Part shown: positions 52,809-61,743 of the stretch, piece by piece
Position numbering within the stretch: the first letter of the stretch is position 1
How the letters are laid out: each line of letters begins with the position of its first letter
Assembly: GCA_963840855.1 (NCBI GenBank)
Contig: CAWJBB010000085.1
Location: 32,001-96,000 of the forward strand
Length of the DNA stretch: 64,000 nt
Source: an uncultured delta proteobacterium
GTDB lineage: Bacteria; Desulfobacterota; Binatia; UBA9968
Direction: 5' to 3'
Made by a program: the position numbers and the translations under genes
Notes under the pieces: model-generated
The model's input: only the letters and a program-made list of their open reading frames with translations
Databases searched by the model: none
Told to the model about the DNA's origin: nothing

Positions 52809-53894
52809 ATGGCAGCTAATCTCGGCACCAGAATCATCGACGGCGACGGCCATATTATGGAAGACAATGCGGCAATCATCGCCCACATGGAGGGCTCGTA
52901 TCGCGAGATCGCGGCGCGCAAAGGAATTTGTTTCCCGCCGCTGGATCACCTCCACGCCGGCCGGGCGGTGGAAACCCCGCCACAGCGAGACCAGCGTCCG
53001 GCGGTGGGACCCCAAGGTTGGATCGATTTCCTCGACGATGTCGGAATCGAGTGGTCCGTGCTTTACCCCACCGTCGCCCTCTCGTATGGTAAGATCGTCA
53101 GTCGCGACTATGCCGTCGCGGTCTGCAAGGCTTACAACGACTGGCTTGCCGACACTTATGTGAAATTCAACCCGCGCTTTAAAGGTATGGCGATCATCCC
53201 CATGCAGGACCCGGAGGAAGCGGCGCAGGAGTTGCGGCGTTCGGTGACGGAACTCGGCATGCTTGGCGCGATGATGCCGTCCAACGGACTCGCGCAGCCG
53301 TTGGGCGCCAAACAATTCTGGCCGATCTATGAGGAAGCCAACCGGCTTGGCTGCTGTCTCGCCGTGCACGGCGGGGCCCATGACCGTTTCGGGATGGATC
53401 ATATGAACATGTATGTCCCCGTCCACGCCCTCGGCCACCCGTGGGGACTGACCATCAACTGCGCGGACATCCTTTACAATGGCATCTACGACCGCTTCCC
53501 GCGGGTGCGCATTGCGTTCTTGGAAGGCGGCATCGCATGGCTGTTGCTCTTGCTCGAGCGGCTGCACGCTTCCCACGAGACCCACTTCCAATACATTCCA
53601 GCTAAAGAATTCGGTGTGCGCGAAGGCGAAGATCCCGCCAAATACGTCAAGAAACTGATTAAGGACGGCCGCTTGTATCTCGGCGTCGAAACCGAAGAAC
53701 TGACGATGCCGTTTGCGATTAAAACCGTCGGCAACTCGCCTTTCTTGTATTCGTCCGACTTTCCCCATGAAGTCACCAACGAGAGCTGCAAACATGACCT
53801 CGGCGAGCTAATGGAAAGCGACGAGATCACCGACGATGATAAGGCAGCGATGCTCTGGCGCAACGCCGAGACGTTTTACAAATTGCCGCTCTGA
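52809..53894 (+). CDS. Amidohydrolase family protein (Amidohydro_2)
   Basis: IIDGDGHIME, AYNDW, AVHGG, LEGG, SSDFPH. Confidence 0.9.
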   Translation: MAANLGTRIIDGDGHIMEDNAAIIAHMEGSYREIAARKGICFPPLDHLHAGRAVETPPQRDQRPAVGPQGWIDFLDDVGIEWSVLYPTVALSYGKIVSRDYAVAVCKAYNDWLADTYVKFNPRFKGMAIIPMQDPEEAAQELRRSVTELGMLGAMMPSNGLAQPLGAKQFWPIYEEANRLGCCLAVHGGAHDRFGMDHMNMYVPVHALGHPWGLTINCADILYNGIYDRFPRVRIAFLEGGIAWLLLLLERLHASHETHFQYIPAKEFGVREGEDPAKYVKKLIKDGRLYLGVETEELTMPFAIKTVGNSPFLYSSDFPHEVTNESCKHDLGELMESDEITDDDKAAMLWRNAETFYKLPL

Positions 53895-53965
53895 TCGGCA
53901 GTCATGAAGCGCGAAGCAAGAGGCACGAGGAGGATTCGGTTCCCGGCCGCTAGAAAGGATAGATC

Positions 53966-55048
53966 ATGGATACATGCCGCGCAGCTGTGATAACCGAGCA
54001 CAATAAACCATTGACGATTCAGCAGGTGCCGATCCCAAAATTGGATCCCGGTTCGCTGCTCGTTAAAATCACCGCTTCGACGCTTTGCGGCACCGACGTG
54101 CACCGCTGGCATGGACCGCTGAGCGATGGCGACACATTACCGATCATTACCGGCCACGAGCCCTGCGGCGTTGTCGAAGAGATCGCCGGCGAGCGGACGG
54201 ATATCTTGGGCAATCCCGTAAAGCGCGGCGACCGGGTTGTCTGGAGCTACGTCGCCTGCGGCACCTGTTACTATTGCGCGGTTGCGCTGCAACCTTGCAT
54301 CTGCCCCGGCCGCGCTTCATGGGGGCACAACCGCGCCGATCAGCATCCCTATCTCTTGGGTAGCTGCGCGGAGTACATGTACGTGCCCAAGGAATGCCTC
54401 ATCATCAAAGTTCCGGAAGAAGTCTCATCCGCTTCGGCGGCCGCCTCCGCCTGCGCCTACCGAACCGTCATGCATGGCTTCGACCGGTTGGGCGCGATCA
54501 AGAGTCACGAGACGGTCGTCGTTCAAGGCAGCGGTCCGCTCGGCAACTTCGCCACGGCGGTGGCCAGAGATCACGGCGCCAAAAAAGTCCTGGTGATCGG
54601 CGCTCCAGCCAACCGCTTGGCAGTCACCGCGCGCATGGGCGCCGACGCCGTGCTCAATCTCGAAGAAGTGACTGATGAGAAACAGCGGCGCCAGTGGGTG
54701 CGCGACCACACCGAAGGGCGCGGCGCGGACATCGTGATTCAGGTCGCCAATAATTTGGCGGTGCCCGAAGGGCTCGCGTTGCTGCGCGGCGGCGGCCGTT
54801 ATTTGAATATCGGCGCCGGTGGCAAGGCAGTTATCGCCGTGGAGCGGATACCGCAAGAGATGCTTTTTATCACAGTGCGTTCGGCGGAACCGCGCCACTG
54901 GCTGCAGGCCATCGACTTTTTGGCGTCGCGCAAGAAGACCTTTCCCTTCGAGGAGATGATCAGCAGAAGTTACAAGCTGGAACAGATCAACGAAGCAATG
55001 GCGGCGATGGCGAGTTATCAGGTGGTAAAAGCGGTCATTAACTTCTAG
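53966..55048 (+). CDS. Zinc-binding alcohol dehydrogenase
   Basis: CGTD.H, GHE, CGTCYYC...C, GSGPLG. Confidence 0.92.
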   Translation: MDTCRAAVITEHNKPLTIQQVPIPKLDPGSLLVKITASTLCGTDVHRWHGPLSDGDTLPIITGHEPCGVVEEIAGERTDILGNPVKRGDRVVWSYVACGTCYYCAVALQPCICPGRASWGHNRADQHPYLLGSCAEYMYVPKECLIIKVPEEVSSASAAASACAYRTVMHGFDRLGAIKSHETVVVQGSGPLGNFATAVARDHGAKKVLVIGAPANRLAVTARMGADAVLNLEEVTDEKQRRQWVRDHTEGRGADIVIQVANNLAVPEGLALLRGGGRYLNIGAGGKAVIAVERIPQEMLFITVRSAEPRHWLQAIDFLASRKKTFPFEEMISRSYKLEQINEAMAAMASYQVVKAVINF

Positions 55049-55176
55049 CGACGCGGCAAATTATTGTGAAGCACTAAGGGACTGATTCGGCCCATTTGCC
55101 CGCAAATGCATCGTTCCTCGACTCGAACATTTTAAAGTCTGGAACGATTTGAGCCAACCGAGCCACAGCTTGGAAT

Positions 55177-56217
55177 TCATTTCTCCAGCAGGGGTTTTAG
55201 CCGTTCCATGACTTCCGAGGGCACGGTGCCTAACTCGCGGCCCAGAGCTTCTACTTCCTCCCCGGTCATAATACTTGGTTCCAAACCTTTCTTTTTCGCC
55301 TCTGCGATAAAATCCCGGTCATTCATCATCTTCACGAAACCTTCGCGAAGGATTTTGAGACGATCTGCGGGGATTCCCGGCGGGCCAAAGAACGGGCGGC
55401 CCATCTCGTCAGGGAGAACCAGTATCTTAGCCAACCTTCTATACAGGTCGCTAATCTTGTGCTTGTCGAATAGCTCCCAAATCGTCGGAACATCGGGCAG
55501 GTTCGGGTGGCGCGTTTGTCCGCCTTGAGTGAGCACGCGGACAAAACCCGTCTTGGCCCAAGTCCGCCCCGGTTCACTGCCAAAATAGGCTTGCACACTA
55601 CCGCACCAACACTGCATTTCTCCCTTTTCGATGGCTAGATTGGCATCGGCGGCGCCTTGATAACCGGGCACCGTGGTTAACTTGAGACCGAACACTTCCT
55701 GAAGGAACCGGGGAAAATAATAAGCGGCGGTGCCAAGACCCGTAGCGCCGCATTTGGGTGGTTCCACCGCATTACGCAAATCCTCCAACGTTTTATACGG
55801 AGTGTCAGCGCGAATATAAAAAAGTCGGTCGGTCTTTTCCGGCGAACCGATCCAGCTAAACTTGAACCATTCAAATTGGGCTTCCTTTTGCCCTGAGAGC
55901 TGCAAAACATAAATTCCCGGACTGACGATGCCTAGCGTTAACCCGTCCGGTTTGGCGACGCTGTAGACATAGTTAGCCGCGATCATCGAACCGCCGCCGG
56001 TCATGTTTTGCACCACCAGGGTGGGGTTGCCGGGAATATATTTCCCCATGTACTGAGCGATGAGACGCCCCCACACATCGAAAGCGCCGCCCGCGGTGAA
56101 TCCGACACGGATGTTGATCGTTTTGCCCTGGTAGTAAGGCGTCTGCGCGACCAGCGGAGAACCAGTCGTCAGGCCAAGAAAAAAAACCAGCAGCATCGTT
56201 TTCATGTAAATTATCAC
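55177..56217 (-). CDS. Bug/TctC-like substrate-binding protein (orphan)
   Basis: YYQGKTINIRVGFTAGGAFD, QNMTGGGS, KPDGLT, LPDVPT. Confidence 0.85.
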   Translation of the reverse strand: MIIYMKTMLLVFFLGLTTGSPLVAQTPYYQGKTINIRVGFTAGGAFDVWGRLIAQYMGKYIPGNPTLVVQNMTGGGSMIAANYVYSVAKPDGLTLGIVSPGIYVLQLSGQKEAQFEWFKFSWIGSPEKTDRLFYIRADTPYKTLEDLRNAVEPPKCGATGLGTAAYYFPRFLQEVFGLKLTTVPGYQGAADANLAIEKGEMQCWCGSVQAYFGSEPGRTWAKTGFVRVLTQGGQTRHPNLPDVPTIWELFDKHKISDLYRRLAKILVLPDEMGRPFFGPPGIPADRLKILREGFVKMMNDRDFIAEAKKKGLEPSIMTGEEVEALGRELGTVPSEVMERLKPLLEK

Positions 56218-56984
56218 TTAGCCCCCTGCGCCGGCGCATAGTTGCCGCTCAGCAAGATGCCGCCGCTCGGCACTGTATTTTCGATCTTCAAGATATGATA
56301 GGTCAACCACATTTCGGCGGCCAACGCCCACACGACTTTAATTTTCAGATCGCGTTCAAGGAATTCGATCGCCGGCGCCGCGTCCCAACCACCGCCGTTG
56401 ATGTACACCGCGTCCACCGCCGGCATGGTCGCCAAAGCCCGTTTGCAGTGGCGGTACACATCCATATGCGACACTTCATCCAGAGCCAGAAGCGAAGTCG
56501 TATAAAGCCCCGAACTCTCGCCGGACATGCTCAGGCCCGGCATTAGTTCCGACTGCAAGCTGAAGCGCGAGAAATAGTTCACAATGGCTTGATTTAGTTC
56601 GTTGCCGTAATAGGTCGCCACCGCCACTTTCCGCGCTCCGAGGGTCTGCAATGCGATGGCGTGGGGTTCCATCGGCGTCACCACCGGCAGACCGATCTTC
56701 GCCGACAGATCCGCCGCCCACTGCCGTTCATAATCTAGGCCCTTGAGCAAAAACGGCGGCGTCCCGCTCACCGAGATAATGTCGCAACCGACTTCCTTCA
56801 GTTGCACGGCCAGGGCTTCGGCCTTTTTAAATCCTTCGAGAAAACTTTCCCGCTTCTCGCTGCGAAAGCCGATAAACGTTGGCACGATCTCAACGCCTTC
56901 CGGCGCATGCTTGTACCAGTAGGCAAAGGATTTGCCGCGATGGGTCGGCTTGATCAAACCGATACGGGCGCGCCATGCAACCAT
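56214..56984 (-). CDS. Arylmalonate decarboxylase/maleate isomerase (Asp/Glu racemase fold) family protein
   Basis: WRARIGLIKP, SGTPP, ALQTLGARKVAVATYY, DAVYINGGGW. Confidence 0.75.
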   Translation of the reverse strand: MVAWRARIGLIKPTHRGKSFAYWYKHAPEGVEIVPTFIGFRSEKRESFLEGFKKAEALAVQLKEVGCDIISVSGTPPFLLKGLDYERQWAADLSAKIGLPVVTPMEPHAIALQTLGARKVAVATYYGNELNQAIVNYFSRFSLQSELMPGLSMSGESSGLYTTSLLALDEVSHMDVYRHCKRALATMPAVDAVYINGGGWDAAPAIEFLERDLKIKVVWALAAEMWLTYHILKIENTVPSGGILLSGNYAPAQGAK

Positions 56985-57146
56985 TCTGGATCCCTCCCCC
57001 TTTGCTCGGCACCATCGCGATAGAGGAAAAACATGCGCAACGGCCGGCTCATGATTCGCCGCTACCACCTGAACAGGCAGATGTCAAAGGCAAACTGAGG
57101 CGTTAAAATATTCAGTAGTTTGGAACGTTAGAAATTCGCGATCCGC

Positions 57147-57192
57147 GTCTCCGGCACCCTGAGTCCGAGTTCGATTCTCGGCGGGCACACCA
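57147..57192 (+). pseudogene. 3' fragment of a tRNA, probably tRNA-Arg(CCG); att-like remnant
   Basis: CT-CCG loop, T-arm CCGAG-TTCGATT-CTCGG, acceptor strand CGGGCAC-A-CCA; no matching 5' GTGCCCG or D-arm upstream. Confidence 0.7.
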
Positions 57193-57377
57193 GCCTGATT
57201 CTACTAAACAATCCGCCAATCAGCGGCAGCCAAAAAAGACGTGGGTGTCCAAAAGACACACTTAGCCACGGCAAAACGCACTTAAGTGCATTCCCAGTCC
57301 TCGTTGTGATTTGCCGTTTTTCGCCGACCGTGACCGCGAAGTTGACGCGAGCGTATGGCATGGTGTAGCCTAACGGT

Positions 57378-57392
57378 GTTAGATATTCTAAC
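57378..57392. promoter_or_regulatory. Putative operator palindrome upstream of the TA operon
   Basis: GTTAGA-TAT-TCTAAC between a TTGACG..TAGCCT promoter-like sequence and the AGGAGA RBS. Confidence 0.4.
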
Positions 57393-57420
57393 TTTCTAAC
57401 CGATAGGAGATCGCACATAC

Positions 57421-57684
57421 ATGGCCCTTGTCAAAGTCAAAGAGAAGTACCAGGTTACCCTTCCAATCGCTCTGCGGGAAAAGGCCGGTTTAGAAGTAGG
57501 AGACCTCTTGGAAGCTGAAATGCAGGGAAAAAAGATTACTCTCACTCCGAAGACCACCCTCGACCGCGAGTTGGCACAGGCGCTTAAGGAAATCGACGAG
57601 GGAAAAGCCCATGGTCCTTTCAAGACCGCGGAAGCAGCTATCCGGTTTCTCCATCGCCGCGCAAAAAAGTTTAAGAAGTCTTAG
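57421..57684 (+). CDS. AbrB/MazE/SpoVT-family antitoxin
   Basis: VKVKEKYQVTLP..LR...GLEVGD.LE...G.KITL.P. Confidence 0.9.
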   Translation: MALVKVKEKYQVTLPIALREKAGLEVGDLLEAEMQGKKITLTPKTTLDRELAQALKEIDEGKAHGPFKTAEAAIRFLHRRAKKFKKS

Positions 57685-57929
57685 TGAACGTCCGGCTGAC
57701 TCCACAATTCGAAAGGAGTTATGCGAGTGCTCCTTTACACGTTCAGAAGCTCTTTGATCGCAAATTAGCTCTTTTAGTTCAAAATCTTCGCCATCCTTCC
57801 TTGCGGGCCAAAAAATACGATGAAGCACGCGATATCTGGCAAGCCCGCGTCGATAGGGTGTGGCGTTTCTATTTTCAAATCAGGGGCGATACCTATTATC
57901 TCCTTAACATCACACCGCACCCCAAATAA
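57684..57929 (+). CDS. RelE/ParE-like toxin
   Basis: TPQFERSY, NLRHPSLRAKK, IWQARVD..WRFYF, HPK; overlaps the antitoxin stop. Confidence 0.85.
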   Translation: MNVRLTPQFERSYASAPLHVQKLFDRKLALLVQNLRHPSLRAKKYDEARDIWQARVDRVWRFYFQIRGDTYYLLNITPHPK

Positions 57930-58325
57930 ACATAAAACTTCCTGATAGCGATGTCCCGTTTTGGACCCCGGCGGGATTGCTGACAATTGTGAGCCAGAAA
58001 AACTCTGCTAGAATATTTGGTTCCCCTTTCAGTAGGAGGTGGTCCAGGGTAATCGCATCAAATACCCTGTTCAATCCTACCAAGGAATAGACAGCCCTTG
58101 CTCCAGTCTGCGTCTCTATAGAGCTTTACAGTCTAAATAGCCGGTAGTAACGTGGCGCTGTCGGGTTTGTTCAACGCGCATATCCTCAATGCCACTCATC
58201 GATCTTAGTCGAAACCTTCCTGCTCGTACGCATCAGGATAAAACGCTATACATTAGGTCTACGTGAGATTATTTCATTTGGGCGTCTTCCCTCACGTCGT
58301 GGGACTTTTTTCGAGGAGAAAGCAT

Positions 58326-59958
58326 ATGAGTCGTTCGCCATCTTTTAGAAACCTTGCTCGTGCAATCAGGATCGCCTGCTATTGCGAAGAGAACAACATC
58401 TCGACGAGTGAGGGTCTGCAGCAAGCAGCCGCCCTTGAGGCCGGCGCGGCTGCCCGGCGTATCAATAGGCGTGAGTTCCTCGCAAACATGAGCAAACTAG
58501 CCGTGGTCGGCGGAATTGGGTCAGTCGCCTGGCCGCTGCGCCACACTTTGGCGGCTCAGCAGCTAGGTCCGGGCGTGAGGGTTGCGATCGTGGGGGCTGG
58601 TTTGGCGGGCCTCGCCTGCGGGGACGAGCTCAAAAACAACGGTATTCACGCAACGCTGTACGATGCAAGCAATCGAGTCGGCGGCCGCTGCTTCTCGCTC
58701 GGCGGCTTCTTCCCCGGCCAAGTTGCCGAGCGCGGCGGCGAGTTCATTGACAACCTGCATAAGACCCTGCTCGGGTACGCCAAGCAATTCAATCTCGCGC
58801 TCGAGGACGTTGAGAAAGAGCCCCCGGGTGAAATCTTTTACTTTTTCAACGGGCAACACTTTCCGGAATCGGCAGTCGTCGATGAATTTCGGGATTTGGT
58901 CGCCGCCATGCGTGACGACCTGCGCACGGTCGGCAAACCGACGGCGGATAGCCACACGGATGCCGATACTAAACTCGACTTTACAAACCTCCGTGAGTAC
59001 CTCGATACTCGTGACGCAGGAAGCATTGTGAGCAAGGCCATCGAAGAAGCCTACATCGCGGAGTATGGGCTCGAGATCGACGAGCAGAGTTGTTTGAGCT
59101 TTGCTCTTCATCCACGCGGATCGGCGATCCAAGTTTCGGCCTTTTGGTGTGTTCAGCGACGAGCGTTATCACATCATTGGGGGGAACGAGCAGATCGTCG
59201 AGGGTCTTCGTAACCGACTTAACGGACAGATCCAACTTGGGATGAGGCTCGTCAAGGCTAGCAAGAATGGTAGTGGGATAAAGCTCACCTTTGAGAACGG
59301 CTTCAGCAAGACGTTCGATGCCGTGGTCTTTGCCATTCCGTTCTCGACACTCCGCGAGGTCGACCTGGATATGAGTCTCGGCCTCCCTCCCTGGAAGCAA
59401 CTCGCCATCAGCGAGCTCCGCTACGGAACCAACGCCAAGATGATGGTCGGTTTCGACAGCCGTCCGTGGCTATCTCAGGGAAGCAACGGCAATTCTTACT
59501 CGGATCTTCCGCATCACCAAACGACGTGGGAGACAAACCCGATAAAGGCCACGGATCTGCACGCGATACTGACGGACTACTCGGGCGGCAAGCGAGGGGC
59601 CAGCCTCGACCTCAACCCCCAACAGGTCCAGACGGAGGCGGAGTCCTTCCTGAGTGACCTCAATCTTGTCTACTCCGGCGCATTGGCCGCGGCCACGGGC
59701 TCCGAGGGTAGTCGTCGTGTCCACCTCGAGCACTGGCCCTCCAACCCGTTCGTGAAGGGGAGTTACACGTGTAACCATCCCGGATACTTCACGACGATCG
59801 CTGACAACGAAGCGAAGCCGGTCGGCAACCTGTACTTCGCGGGCGAGCATACGAGCTCGTTCTACGAGTTTCAGGGCTTTATGGAAGGGGCTGCCCTTTC
59901 AGGTATCCGCGCAGCGCGTGAGATTCTCCACGATATCAAGATCGGCGCCCTGCAGTAA
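58326..59958 (+). CDS. Flavin monoamine oxidase family protein; apparent frameshift near 59100
   Basis: VAIVGAGLAGL, RVGGR, ERGGEFID, FAGEHT, GFMEGA; internal RREFL twin-Arg-like motif. Confidence 0.88.
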
Positions 59959-60367
59959 ACTTGACCCACAGATCCGTGCGTAGTCGTCTAAGCCTCCTAC
60001 TCTCGAAAGCAAATTAGCCGGGCTTCACGTGCCTACAGGAAAAGGGGATAAGTCCAATTATTATGAATGCCAACCGGTTGGAGTCCGACGTTCACCGAGG
60101 GTGTTAAGCTTGTAATTGAATTGCTTTCTTCCTGCGACTCGATGCTGTGAGACTTGACCGTTGCGTCGATCAATTCAATCTCAGGCCGATTTTAGCTTTT
60201 TTCCCTCGACGAATCTGGTTACTCTCTTCCGTAAATAACACTTTTCTCAGCTTCTCTGTTCGTGATAAGTAGCTTCAAGAGCCGAGGGATATTCCCTTAT
60301 CGTTTAAGTGCTACTCCGCAACAACGATATCGGTTGTTGCTTTTATTTCTGTGGCCAGGACGCAGTA

Positions 60368-61204
60368 ATGACTGACAAAAGTATTGATAAGCGTGAAGAG
60401 AGCCTGCGAGTATTCAGCCAGACTGCCAAAATCTATGACCGGATCGGTCCACAAATTTTCTCTTATTTTGGTCAATGCTTGGTCGATCTTGCCGACCTGG
60501 ATTCGGGCGATAAAGTGCTCGACGTAGCCGCTGGCAGAGGCGCGTTGTTGTTTCCAGTAGCCGCAAGGGTCGGACCTACTGGCCATGTGACCGCTATCGA
60601 CTTTTCTCCGGACATGGTACGCGAAACAGCTAAAGACATCGAGAGTCGGAAACTAAGCCACGCTGAAATCCGTCATATGGACGCTGAACAAATGAATTTA
60701 CCAGATGCGTCGTTCGATTGGGTCATGTGCGGCTTTGCCCTTTGGATGTTCGCTGAACCCGCGCGCGTTCTCCAGGAGTTTTACCGTGTGCTCAAGCGCG
60801 GAGGACGGGTAGCTCTCAGCACCTGGGCCGCTGATAATCCGTCTCAAACTTGGTGTAATGAGGTGCTTAGACCCTTTGTGTATGCGCCGGCGGCAAAAGA
60901 ACTCCCTGCGAAATTCGATTGCCGGTTCGACACGCCGTTGCAGTTAGAAACGGCGCTGCGACGGGCAGGCTTCGCGGATACGCGAATCTCAGTTGAAGAA
61001 AAAGATTTCGTGTACGCCGATGAGGAACAGTATTGGTCGTCCCTCTGGTCGGCTGGTTTCCGGCGCCAACTCGAAAAGATTACTCCGGATTTCCTCGAAC
61101 AAGCCAAAAACGAAGTGTTTCAAAAACTTCAAAAGTTCAAGAAGCCCAATGGATTTCACAAACTGAATCGCGCTTTATTCGCCTTCGGTACGAAGCCAGC
61201 GTAA
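60368..61204 (+). CDS. Class I SAM-dependent methyltransferase (UbiE-like)
   Basis: VLDVAAGRG, IDFSPDM, MDAEQM.LPDASFD, RVLKRGG. Confidence 0.88.
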   Translation: MTDKSIDKREESLRVFSQTAKIYDRIGPQIFSYFGQCLVDLADLDSGDKVLDVAAGRGALLFPVAARVGPTGHVTAIDFSPDMVRETAKDIESRKLSHAEIRHMDAEQMNLPDASFDWVMCGFALWMFAEPARVLQEFYRVLKRGGRVALSTWAADNPSQTWCNEVLRPFVYAPAAKELPAKFDCRFDTPLQLETALRRAGFADTRISVEEKDFVYADEEQYWSSLWSAGFRRQLEKITPDFLEQAKNEVFQKLQKFKKPNGFHKLNRALFAFGTKPA

Positions 61205-61743
61205 TAAGCGTCGCACCTTTTAATGTGAAGTGATCGGCAATGACCGAAATTCCGGATCTCTCGATTTCGGGAGAGGCGCAGCGGGAATTGGGAATTAAAC
61301 AAGTTTACGGTAGTTTCAAACTACAAACATTAGCCAATCAAGCGGACAGAGTGATTAAAATAACCACGCCGTGACACCGGGATTGAACTGAATTCTCCTA
61401 CGACCTAATCCTACAAGACGTGACTGAGGCGTCGTTCAGTTCAATCCTACGCAAAATTTCCTCGATTCTCAGAGCTAGGCGAGGGTTTCGCTCGTCGTGA
61501 GTCGCGATTATTTGGGCCGGCGAGCCGCGTTTTCTCCGTCGTACAGATCCTGTGAGGTTCACCCGTCAGACAGCCGTTTCTGCTTTACCCGACGCTTTAG
61601 GCCAACGAGCTAATTTCCCCGTTGACGCCACCAACCACTTGAAGTAAAGGTCAGCTCAGCCACTGGGCGAACTATCTACCAAAGTTTACTGCGATCGCTG
61701 GTATGGTAAGTTCGCCCTGCGCAAATCACTATCTCGGTCATTT

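Noticed and set aside
52692-53795. Long antisense ORFs (also 13918..14607, 44467..45360, 51278..52006)
   Set aside because: Shadow or alternate frames of well-supported genes in GC-rich DNA, with no recognisable motifs
57100-57192. Intact tRNA gene
   Set aside because: 5' acceptor strand and D-arm are missing and the anticodon stem is broken
61622-61650. Sigma70-like promoter TTGACG-N17-TAAAGG upstream of the GAF gene
   Set aside because: Weak -10 match; cannot be distinguished from chance without transcript data
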